Assembly (NCBI GenBank): GCA_900088475.1
Contig: FLMG01000629.1
Coordinates: forward strand, 1 to 34,143
Direction of reading: 5' to 3'
DNA: 34,143 bases
DNA from: Hyphochytrium catenoides
Lineage: Eukaryota > Protista > Hyphochytriomycota
A model generated the notes under the pieces. It did not search any database. It worked only from the letters and a program-made list of their open reading frames with translations, and was not told the origin of the DNA. Positions within the stretch are counted from its first letter, which is position 1. Every line of letters starts with the position of its first letter. A program made the position numbers and the translations under genes. This document shows, piece by piece, positions 22,601 through 33,456 of this stretch.

Positions 22601-24026
22601 TCACATCTTCTCAACTTCAAAGTCCCAATAAAGTATCGCGTCACTCCAGGGCCATGTCCTTCTCCTGTTCAGCTAGTTCTATAGACAAACCTCCATCAGT
22701 TCATCAGGTTCTAGGCGTGGTAAGTTCCTAGCTGGGTTATCACCATTGAGAACCTACTTCACCTCTAGTAACTCCTACTATGGCTGGAGAAAGTGCTCGC
22801 AAAGGATAAAGTGAGACAGCCTCAGCAAAGATCCAACGATAGTGTTTGGTCGTTCACCTCTCCTCTTTGTCATCTATCTCTCGTCAGTTAACCCCATCCT
22901 TTGTCTCCTATCTTCTACACTCTGTCTGCCTGACGCTCTACCTTGTACCCACACTCAAAAATAGCAGATCATTGACCGTCTTATCGAAGCAAAAAAGATC
23001 TGGAGCTTCGAAGATGGAGTGGAGTCGCCTCTGGGTTTATTCAACTTGCAGAGGGCAGGTCTTGGGAGGTTAAGCTTCAGGGACATGTAGAGGTGTCAAA
23101 GCTCCGATAGCAGAGGAGTAGTGCTACTGTCCATTGCCGTGACGATAGAGGTCGGCATAGGATTGAGACATGAAGTGCCGCCTAGCTCTTAGTCTGTTGT
23201 GCCTTGTGGGCAAAGGAGGTGCTCTTTGAGATGATGCAGACTGACAGATAGACATCATTGAAGACTGGCGCCTTGGATGGCGTCCTCCGCCATCACTTCT
23301 TCCTCTCGTTCTTTCGTCTTGACAGAGAGAGATCAAGGATCATAGGATCATAGGCGTCAAGCTTGATCAGCCACATCCCTCTCAAGCACAGCGTTTATTA
23401 TGGGGTGACGCTTGCAGGAGGAGTAAAGAGATGAAGTGCATCTTTCGCCTCTCTCCCTGGATGTTGTTTAGCTTCACTCCACTCTTATTCCTTTCCTCTC
23501 TTCCTCTTCTCCTTTCCTCTTCTTCTTCCCTCCTTGGTTTCATCCTTTCCCTTCGTCTTCTTCTCTCCTCGATCTTCGCTGTTCTCCTGCCTTCCTTACG
23601 GGTGCATGCATCTATGGGACGATAGGTGTAGATACGGACAGCACCGCAATAGGTTCTTCTATAGAAGCTCTACGTCTATGTGTACAGCGTTGATCTACAA
23701 GGACCACCCCCAATCATCTCTCTCTTCGCTTCCGCTTCTTCTCGCCTCTGGCACATCCGAGAGAGCACCAAGTACGAGAGGTCTCTAAGTTTATTCTCTC
23801 CTTCGTTTTCTCCTTGTCCCTTGCCCCGACAGACACCATAGCGAACGGGGAAACGACATATCCTGTTGCCGCCATCTCCTTCTCCTGTCAGTCTCACATT
23901 TCCCGCTTTCATATCACTTGCTCCTGCCAGAATTCGTTCTTTGGAGGGACGCCTCGTGCCTCAAGCGCTGTCGCTTTCTCTCTGATTCTTCTGGCTGCTC
24001 TAGACGCCAAGGCTGGCTGGTAAACC

Positions 24027-24887
24027 ATGGTAGCGATTGGATACGTTCCCGCGTCAGAGAGCTTTCTAAGGCCTCACGGAGGCATTGCTGCTCCCCCGCA
24101 ATCACTTTACACTTTTGGAGTTTTCAATCAACAGGACGTCGATCCCGCGCTTACCCCCAATGCCAAGAAGGTGTTAAGTCCTATGGGAGGCCCTCCGTCC
24201 ACGGGTCTGAAGGCTCCAACAACCAAGAAGCGGCGCCTGTGCACGGTGGAAGGCTGCACCACCTCAAGGAAAAAGAATGGACTTTGTCAACGGCATGGCA
24301 GCGGCGTCACCCTATGTAAGGAGGACGGCTGCAAGAGGAACGCTAAGCGAGGCGGGCGCTGCATATTTCATGGTGGCGGCCTGTGCAAGGTTCCTGGCTG
24401 CCTCTCTGGAGCCCGGAAACATGGCATGTGCCATACCCACAATAGGTTTAGACTCGCTGCTCAGGACGAGAACGGACAAGTGTCAATGACTGCTCTCCTT
24501 TCGGAGATTCCTCAGCCCAGCCCTGCGGAGCAAGTTGCAGTCGCCTGGGGAGAGTCTCTGGGCCTCCTTCCTCCTTCAAGCTCCACGGCCGTTAACCTGG
24601 CTCCTAGTGAGCAGCAGAGCCTTCTGGAGTCCCTTTCAGTGCTGAGCAGTGTTATGGGCGGCCTTTCGGAGGACCTCCCATCCAAGAACTTGGACGGCAC
24701 CTACCATACGTCGATCAGCATCGACGGTTTGAGCTCAAACTGCGCTTCTCCTTTCCAAGTGACCTTACGCACTGGCGGAGACCTTAAGTTTGGCTCCACA
24801 CTTTCTGTGGATCCAGTAGAAGACCATCTGCTTGATGGACTGACAACGACGGATCTAACCTTCCTCCTGGAATGTATTGTCTCGTGA
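24027..24887 (+). CDS. WRKY19-like zinc-finger repeat protein (three Cx4Cx9Cx2H units; no WRKY domain)
   Basis: Units CTVEGC..GLCQRHG, CKEDGC..GRCIFHGGG and CKVPGC..GMCHTH. A basic KKRR (NLS-like) precedes them and the C-terminus is Ser/acidic. Intronless 286-aa ORF. Confidence 0.8.
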   Translation: MVAIGYVPASESFLRPHGGIAAPPQSLYTFGVFNQQDVDPALTPNAKKVLSPMGGPPSTGLKAPTTKKRRLCTVEGCTTSRKKNGLCQRHGSGVTLCKEDGCKRNAKRGGRCIFHGGGLCKVPGCLSGARKHGMCHTHNRFRLAAQDENGQVSMTALLSEIPQPSPAEQVAVAWGESLGLLPPSSSTAVNLAPSEQQSLLESLSVLSSVMGGLSEDLPSKNLDGTYHTSISIDGLSSNCASPFQVTLRTGGDLKFGSTLSVDPVEDHLLDGLTTTDLTFLLECIVS

Positions 24888-25424
24888 CCTCCTTCAATCC
24901 TTCTTCTGCCACTGTCGCGTGCTCCGCTCGGATCCTTGTCTTTGTATTATACTGAACGGGCCGGTGTGACTGAGGAGCATTCTTGCTTGTTCTGTTATGT
25001 CGCGCGCTCTTTCTGATCTTTTCAAAATTATCTGTTCCCGTCTATTGTCCTAGCCCCTATTCGCACCAGTATTTATGAAGTCCAGGGTTAGATTGACTAC
25101 TGGAAGAGTCTGTCCTCTTCCAGCCGAAGCCCATGACTTTCCAGCCCTATTCACTCTCCCACGCTTTTATCCCTTCTCGCCGCTGCTTGACAGTGTTTCT
25201 TTTGACATAAATCGTAATAGACTACTCTGAACCATCCCATATTGCCCTTGCGAGCAAGCGTCGTTGCGCTTCCCTTATCCTTCATGCGCCTATCTTATTC
25301 GGCGATGGTCCTTGTCGTGACAACTTGCTATCAAACAATGCTGCCTAGGAGAGGATTAGGAACTCTTTGACAGTAATAGCAGACGTTGCCTTCATTCGTT
25401 TATTACACCTCTAGCTTCCGGACC

Positions 25425-28165
25425 TCACCCATGCCAACGATAGTCCTGCAACAAATGGACGAGCGTTGATGCGGCCGACACTTGTACCCTACAGTGTACT
25501 CTATCCATGTCATGTCCGCCTTCAACCAGGCCCCAGTTTTCCACGTTGAACTCTTCCTCCACACGTGCGGCAGCGAATGCCTGCGAGAGGCAGTGAAGAG
25601 GAAGGCAATAAAGGAAGATCGGTGAGGCTTGACAAATAACGCGTTACCTCATTAAAATCAGTGCTTAATGCGAGAATACGGAGTGGAGATAGGTAGAAAG
25701 AAGCTAGTAGAAGCTTCCAAGCCGGATGAAAGCACTTCCAACGTGGTGGGACCTCAGCCAGAGAGAAATTTGAGAATGCGCGCAGGGGCAAAGAGAGAAA
25801 AGGAAAGGCGGTATCAAAAGAAAAGAAGAGCTAGCCCCCAGTGCCTTGGTCGGTCGAATAGCGCATAAGAGGCTAAACAGAACAGCCAAGCTATTCGTAA
25901 GAAAGGTCTTAAAAGTGAAAAGTTATGAAGGCCTGAGCATAAAACTTACCTCGTGCACCGTAAGCTTTCTGTGAATAAGAGCTAGGCCAATCGCCATAGA
26001 TTTGCACTCACGAACCGCGCAGTTAAGAGCCGCCAACTTGAAATTATCCAACCCTTCGACGACTTCTCTCACACGAGAGATAGCGCTTTCTTCGTGGTCT
26101 CCGCTTAAGAGAGAGCTATTGATGTTGAGCTCCACAGAGTACGTCTAAGAGGTAGAAGAGGAAAACCTCAGCTTTGCGGGGCCGATGCTATGCAAGATAG
26201 GCGCAATGCGTGCCAAAAAGCAAGGAAGAAGTGACCTGTGCTGTGAAGTTAGGAAGTACGGAAAGGACAAAAGCCGAGCTCGATCCTTGACTAACTCAAG
26301 ACAAAGGATTATCCGAAGGTTATAGAAGAAAAGACAAAGCCTTTGCGAGTGAGTCACAATTCTCTTTTGCCTACCTCCTTAAGCCACTCATGAATGGGAT
26401 TCCACAGCTTCTTCTGTCTCTTCAATAGTTCTTCGTCTTCAAATTCATCTACAGCGTGAAAGCTGCGACATTGATTCAGTAGCTGTCTCGGCGATATACC
26501 AGCCCCTTCTGTCCCGCTGGATCTGCCTACCCCTCAAAAAAGCTAAGGACTACGCATCGACCATGGCTCTGCCCTGACTCCATCATACCTAGCTAGACAA
26601 AGGTGCTCACCCTCCTATACTATCAGTTAGCCTTCTCTCCACGTTCCTCTTAGTTTCAAACCGTGCAACTGCACTTTCCTCATTTGATCAATTAACTGCG
26701 GTTTCACGTACCAGATAGTGTCGGTCCTGAGGTATCTCATGAGGTTGTCGATCATCTGCAATCTCTCTTCTGCACTGTCAATAGCTGTCGCACACAAGGT
26801 CATCTACAGAGACGATGTTAGCTTCAGAAGCTTCTTGGGCTATCTTGATTAGACTCGTGAAACGCTTACTAGTGGCATTGTCTCCGGCTCTATTCCCCGG
26901 TCCACATCCTGCGCATCCCACTCCAGCGCGACTGCCAATGCCAGAGGCTTGGTAGGCAACTATAGCCACAGAAGGAGGACAACTGATCAACACGCGAACC
27001 ACTTGGGCACGAGGATGGTGGAGAAGACGGAGAGTTTCAATAAGTCGCTTCAAGAGACACACCAAGAACCGCCATAGTACTCAGCGACAGAGGAGCGGAG
27101 ATGTTATAGGGAACTCATAGATTAGACCGCTATTCTATGTGGAGACTCACCTCTAAGGGGTTTCTTCTAGGTGTTCTAACTTTTCTGCCATCGACTGTGA
27201 CAGCGAACTAAGGCATGCAGGCCAATTTGAAGGGACGGGCACATAGCTTGAGTCAGCCAAGAGATAGAATCGGTGCCTGGGGCAGAAAGGTCTACACACC
27301 TTTCTCCAGCCGTCCTCTCCTACGACCTCTTCAACTCCTGTCTGCTTCCAAAACCTCTTCCGGCCGCGAAGTTGCACTGCACATAGCAACCATAGGAGGT
27401 TAGCCGGAAGCAAGGCACAGGGGTTGCCATTCAGCCATCACTGACCGCGGCCTACCTACCTCCACGACCAATGCCTGCGCTGAGTGCTCTACAGGGTTGA
27501 GCTTTACTAACTAGAAGGGAAAGAGCTCTTCCAGAGCCCAATATCGGCTTCGCGCTTGACTGCATCTTATCTTCCCAAACAGAAGAGATACAGTGGTGTT
27601 CCGCAGCGCTCCAAGGAATGTGATAGATTTGTTGCAGCCACTCCGCTACCTAAACCTACACTGGCTAGTGACTTTCGATGTAAGGTGGCTGATCTGCAGT
27701 CCCAGTACTTACCAAGTCAACGAGGCGCAGAAGGCAATATCTTGCGCTTGATCCTCCAATCAACCAATCTACTAACCACGATCTCAATATTACGCGCTTC
27801 AGAATCTCAATAAAAGCTTCAGAATTGGTCACTATCACAGCATCACTCACAGAACAATATGAAAGGCGCATACTGCGGCATAAGAGTGGGATAGCAAGGT
27901 CTTTCTACACTGTAGACTCTGCTCAAAGCGGCGTAGGTTCAAATTTGAGCGGATGTTTGATATTTGCGTTCAGATGTGGAATAGCCAGGTACCTCAATTT
28001 CTTTTAACCAGAACTGTACAATACAAGTCAATCCCGATCCAGAATGAATTACCTTTCCAACCTTTGGCCGTTAGCGGTTAGCTTGGGCCCAAGCAGACGT
28101 CGTGAAGACTGGGAAAAGGACTGAGAATCCTTCAGGAAGACGAGAGAGCAGCACGAGTCCGCCAT
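25425..28165 (-). CDS. ATP12: Mitochondrial F1-ATPase assembly factor ATP12/ATPAF2, 9 exons, ~298 aa
   Basis: Exons 28165-28053, 27488-27460, 27376-27300, 27207-27151, 26959-26870, 26803-26712, 26462-26375, 26144-25950 and 25580-25425 are phase-consistent. Motifs KRFWK, VDGRKVRTP, LAVALEWDAQ, MPLMTL, YLRTDTIC, ARVEEEF..WGLVEGGHD. The first exon is less certain. Confidence 0.92.
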
Positions 28166-28513
28166 ACAGAGGGCAAATAGGTATGAATTATGTAGGTTTA
28201 TCAAGTAAAAGAAAGAGAGCCAGAGTGAAAGGGAGAGACGTCAATTGGGGTAGAGATTCATTGAGAGCTCAATTTATTCCGCTCTTTCTGCATTTTTCTT
28301 CTTCCGCGCCGACTGTGCGTTATTGAGACTCAAGAGCTGCAGCAGCCGCGCTTGGCCCTGTCCTGCCTTCTCAAGCATCGATCAACGTACTGCCAGCGGT
28401 GGATCCCAGCTCGCGACAGCGCGAGGCGAGAGGCAGAGGCATCACGCAACGAGCGAGGAATTATCCTTACATTCAAGCCATTGGAGGAAGTTGAAGTTGA
28501 TACACACATAGTC

Positions 28514-29002
28514 ATGAAAGCAATTCGTACGCTACAGAGCCTCACAGTCACGCTCCGGAGGGTCCGGACTGAGGAGAGAATCGTCGCTGCATCCCTCTCT
28601 CCGTTCAGAAGGCACATCAGTACTACCGGAGCTTTGAGAAGTGATGGCAACATTTCTTATTCGGGAGGGCAGCCCACAGATCAGGGAGGCTTCTACGGAT
28701 CTCTGAAGTCTCGATCCGAGTCTGCAGACTACCGTCCAGGGGCTTCCGCTTCTGAGGAAGACATCTCCTTACTACAATCTGCAGCCGCAGATTTGCGAAA
28801 GCTTCAACAAGAGCTGCGAGACGCACCAGGCGGACGGAAGGGCGAGGTTGAACGGAAACTGGAGGAGCTCCGAGGCCGGGAAGATTTGAAGGAACTGCTT
28901 AGCCGCCTTCAAGTGCGTGGCGCTCCAGCGTGGGGTCTTAGTAAAGAACAGAGAGAGGAGGTAAAAGAACTGCAGGGTCTCCTGCGCGGGAGGAAAGCTT
29001 AA
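28514..29002 (+). CDS. Uncharacterised ~162-aa protein with mitochondrial-type presequence
   Basis: ATG at 28514 lies within ORF 28352-29002. The leader is R/S/T/L-rich and ends RRHIST. It is followed by a Gly-rich SYSGGQPTDQGGFYGS motif, a charged helical region and a PAWGLS motif. Confidence 0.7.
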   Translation: MKAIRTLQSLTVTLRRVRTEERIVAASLSPFRRHISTTGALRSDGNISYSGGQPTDQGGFYGSLKSRSESADYRPGASASEEDISLLQSAAADLRKLQQELRDAPGGRKGEVERKLEELRGREDLKELLSRLQVRGAPAWGLSKEQREEVKELQGLLRGRKA

Positions 29003-29397
29003 GAATGGATGAGAAGCGCTGGATCATAAGCAAAAAGTGGCATTGCCCTAAGGCACTGGGACAGGACTAGAAACAGAGGAAGGGCAGATGAAAGTGGCTT
29101 TTCTCCCTACAGAGCGGAAGTCTGGAATAATGGAGCAGCGCTCTTAGGAGAGAATTTGGCTGCTACGATAAGTTAATAGTAATAGTAAGAGCGAAAGTAA
29201 AGATATTGCCCGAGGTCGCGGCAGTCGATACTAACTGTTTCTTGCCAGGCAACTTCCTCCTTTTGTTGGGCACTTCCTCCCACATCACGTCGCTATACTC
29301 TCCTGTCTTTTGACGTTTCTAGTACCCGATGAAGAATCCAATGCCAACCCACATGGCAGGCACAATTGCTCCTTCCGGACTCCTTTGTTGGTGCTCC

Positions 29398-32291
29398 TTA
29401 ATCGCTATCTCCAATCCTGTGAACAAAGTCACCTTTCTGGGGAGACATGAAGACGTCAAGCTTAGTCTGCTTCCGCTTCGTTCCGTTTGGCGTGTCAGGC
29501 TCCGCGTCCACAGCTCTCCGTTTGCCGGAGCGGAGACGGGCTGGAGAATTCTCGTCGCTATTAAGAGTCAGACGAGAAGACTCCGGAGGATGAGAGTCCT
29601 CACTCTTCTTTCTCGCTCTTCCCGTTTCCCGCTTCATCGGCCTGTCTTCCTCATCACTATCGCTTATGGTGATCACCGCAGACGCCGTCTCCTCCTCTTT
29701 CACTGCGCTGTATGGTCTTGAATGTTTCCTTCGTGCTTCCGGAGGAAGAGGAAGATCTGAATGCATTGAAGACTTTGCCCTTCCTTCCCGAGCTCTTTCA
29801 GCTTCGTTCTCTGGCTCCGTTTTCGCTGTTGAGGATTTAGCAAAGAACTTGGATATTGCCCCGGCTTTTCCTTGAGCACAGCAGTGATAGTTAGTAGGTA
29901 GAGGTTGGTTGCCGGAAGAGTCGGGAAGTGGGAACTATGAGAGAGGTATTGCCAGTGCTAAGAAGGAGTAACCAGGAGCATCATACCGCTCTCAGGATCC
30001 CAGAAGTCAGCAGTGTCCTCTCCCTTATAGGCGATTGAATTAACTAAGTGGCCCGTCGGCAAGAGCGAACAAGGACAAAATGGTCAGTAGGCAACCCAGG
30101 TGTCAACCTAAGAGACCTATACAACTGTCTTCCGCTTCTTCTCTCGACACTCTCTGATTATTACTGCCCATCCAAGCTTGGAGCCTTCCCCTGCTTGTCT
30201 TCTTTCTATACATCGAGACCACCGTCACTCTCTTTGTTTCCCTCGCTGGGACCCTTGCACAGTTTAAAAACGAACGCCTGCCATTGTCTTAAGCCCTCGT
30301 CGGCTGTGGTCTCCCTGAAAGTCTTAAGGTCCAGATCATTCGGGGCGACTTCGCCCTTCAGCTCTCTCTCTCTCTCCTTCAGTGTTTACCTTTCTTGCTC
30401 ACAGGATGCCATACCAAGTCTTCTTTCTCGTAGGGTTCGACAAGATCTTTAAGACCTTCAAAGGAAGTTGAAGCGAGCCAACGCTCTACACCTTCATCCG
30501 TTAGAAGGACCTAAGTCGAGTGAATAACAGGAAAGCATCGGAATGAAAATATAGTGGACCTGAGACAGCTTAATGGGTAATAGCAGCTGCCCGTTTCCTT
30601 CCGTTCCTGTTACATCCACATTCAGATCATCTCGCCCTTCCATTTCCTCCGTGCAAGGACTACGGTTAGTCCAACTTTATACGTTCGTCACTTTCCGGAA
30701 TATGCCCTATACTGCCAGGCAACGAACTGCCTTTCCCAAGCGAAGATATGGAAGCCAAACTGAGTTAGTTGCATGTCTCCTACCGGCATTCTGTCGTGCA
30801 GCCACGTAAGGGCTTTGGAAACTCGGGTAGTGAGGATTGTGAAAGTGTGCAAGGGAGGCTCTCCTGACTCCTCAGGTGGATAGTAGACATCGTACAGCCC
30901 GGCTGCCTAAGAGAGTAGGTAAGTACCACCAAGAGGAGAGCTCAAAGGACGGCCGAGTATCGAATGAGAGACCAAGATCACGAGCAACAGAGGCAGATGG
31001 CAGCATCAACTATGCGTTAACTTGTAAAATTGTGGAAGGACATGGTAGAGTGGAGCGAGGAGATAGATGGGAAGAGTGAGACGCCCCCGCCCACTCTTCA
31101 GAGGTCACGGCCGCCACAGCCAGGTGAGGTGCTAGAAAGAATGAGGCACTCTGACATAGAGAAGTACGCTACCATCATTAGCCTGTTATCCTTCCAGTGT
31201 ATGAAGTAAGGCTGGCGCTCTTTCCCTACTTTCTTCCACTCAAAGAACCTAACGACGTAAGAGCAGCAGGCCCAGCCGTCAGCTAACGGAACCTGGTGTA
31301 CCCGCTGTTGAGCGCCAGGACGAAGGCAAATCTATGGTCTGAGGGCAACAGAACCATACATTGCTGGCTGAGAGAGATGAAAGCCAGAGAAGCTTGGGGA
31401 CGACCTAATGCTAGAACAGCGGTGTGAGGTTTACGGAAGACGAACAGCTTACCCTTCCATCGGCACAACGCATCTCTTCTTGTTTACTAGTCGTCGGAAC
31501 GCATTCTTCTCAGCCACAGTCTCACTCCTAAGCGTGGACAGCGCGAAACAGAGTTTAGCCAGAGTTCAATGGATACAAAGAGCGAGAAGAGACAAGGGGT
31601 TAAGGGGTCAGCCGACGGTGGAGTCAGGGAATGCAAACAGGAGATGCTGTTCAGTAACAAAGGAAGGAGAGCAGCGAAGAGGCTGCAAGAGAGAGAAAAG
31701 CGCTTAGAGTAAATGACAACGAGCACGAATGCTGAGGGACAGACTAGACCCAGGGCAGTCTGCATACCTGGCGTTGAACATCCTGAAGAAGTCAAGCTTC
31801 TGTCCCTTGGGATGAAAGGAAGGGACCAGCCCCCACCGCATCAAACGCAGGGCTTTCTTTCCATCCTCGAGTCGGCAGAGAACAGGGCAGGATCGACCAG
31901 GGCACAAGTTTGAAGTGGGCTCGACTGTAACCAGACAAAGACAGAGGAGACAAACTGGGGTAAGAGGAAGAGATCTGTAAGCGCTGACCGAGCGAAAGGA
32001 AATAGCAGCACTCCGAGCGCATGGAGAGACATTGAGGCTAAAAGCTACGGAGGCATGGTAGAGTCAGGGATTGAGACAACAGAGGAGAGTTAGAAGGTCC
32101 ATTGGAGGTATGTATGCCACCCGAGAGCGGCGTATGGGACAGTAGAGAGGATAAAGAGAGAGGATAAAGACAGAAGATTGATCCGCGGTGAGGTACGGAC
32201 AGTGCTCTGCTTCCTTCGCGTGCGCCTCATCCACGCCCAAGCTCTGTCGAACGTCGTCCACAGTCTTATGCAGCCGCGTCCGCCCGCACAT
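29398..32291 (-). CDS. HMCES: SRAP-domain abasic-site processing protein (HMCES/YedK family), 8 exons, ~390 aa
   Basis: Exons 32291-32201, 31924-31768, 31527-31453, 31248-31173, 30906-30784, 30510-30390, 30043-29987 and 29870-29398. Motifs MCGR (catalytic Cys2), MRWGLVP, FNARSET, RCVVPMEGFFEW, QPYFI, AGLYD, FTILT, LHDRMPV. Confidence 0.95.
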
Positions 32292-32562
32292 CTTCCTTCC
32301 AGCTCTCTCCTGTGTGACTTTCCTTTCTCTCTCTCTCTTGCAATTTCGTCTCTTCCTTTGGATAGAGTAGAGGTGTACTTCCGCTCCGCAGCGAAAGACC
32401 AGGGGAGCGGCAGAATCTGAGATGTCCTCAGTATCGGTCTGGCGTAGGGAAGACCGAAGAAGGATGATTGATGGAGTGTTGGTGCAGGGCAGAGACAAGA
32501 ATCAGAGAAAAGCAAGAATTCAGACGGAAGAGACCAGAGTTTTATGGAAAGAAAGAAGAGGG

Positions 32563-32659
32563 CAGAGAGAGAGAGAGAGACACAGAGACAGAGACACAGA
32601 GACACAGGGACAGAGAGGAGGAGAGTGTGAGAGGGAGAGACAGAGAGACAGAGAGAGAG

Positions 32660-32702
<43 letters not shown>

Positions 32703-32715
32703 AGAGGGAGAGAGA
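32563..32715. repeat. GA/GACA-rich microsatellite
   Basis: Runs of (GA)n interspersed with GACA. Confidence 0.9.
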
Positions 32716-32751
32716 AAAGTCATGGTGACGGGGGAAAGATCTTTGAAACCT

Positions 32752-33017
32752 ACCTTCCCGACCTCCGAGCGCGGACCTATTTGAGCTATGGGCCGTATAA
32801 ACAACTTCCAGAGGCATCCGGTCCTCTTCTAAAGGCTTTGCAACCGTGTTAACCTGCGTTGTGGGTCGAACTTCGAAGCCCAACTGTTATTTCCTATGGC
32901 CCTAATATACAGGTTACTCGATGTCGAAGTTGGGGCTTCTGACCTACTTCTGTGGACCATCTCGAACCCTTTAGAAGGATAACTAGCTGAAAATGATAGG
33001 TCCTAATAGGAAGGTCC
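32752..33017. repeat. Decayed long inverted repeat (foldback/MITE-like)
   Basis: Nested complementary blocks: 32773-32780/32996-33003, 32826-32835/32968-32977 and 32875-32885/32928-32939. Confidence 0.65.
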
Positions 33018-33112
33018 AGGAGAGTGAGAGTCTTGTCAGTTCATTGGCTGAGGCGCCACTCCCCGAGACAGACAGAGGAGAGAGCCACAAAGAAAAAGAT
33101 AGAGGCTGTGAG

Positions 33113-33215
33113 NNNNNNNNNNNNNNNNNAGAGACCGAGAGAGAGAGAGAGAGAGACCGAGAGAGAGAGAGAGAGAGACAATTCCAGGACTCCAGAGAGA
33201 CAGAGACAGAGAGAG
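33113..33215. repeat. Assembly gap (17 N, 33113-33129) followed by GA microsatellite
   Basis: N run and (GA)n seen directly. Confidence 0.95.
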
Positions 33216-33456
33216 GGGCCCACAAGGAGAGAAAGAGTGACAGACAAGTGCGTACTGCCCAAGAGACAGCTTGATGGCAGTCCTCCCGCCATCGTGCCAC
33301 ACCCAGAGTTGCGAAGGGCAGGCCAAGCGCAGGTGGAAGCTGCTGGAACGTAGAAAGCAAAGCTTCCGGCGAAGCTTCGAGCTCTGCGCGCAGCTAGAGA
33401 AGGAAAATAGGCGAGGATAAAGGGAAGCTGAAGCTGCGCCATAAGCTTGCCAAAGG

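Noticed and set aside
32422-33442. ER-rich and SL-rich ORFs
   Set aside because: Translations of GA microsatellites, some spanning the N gap.
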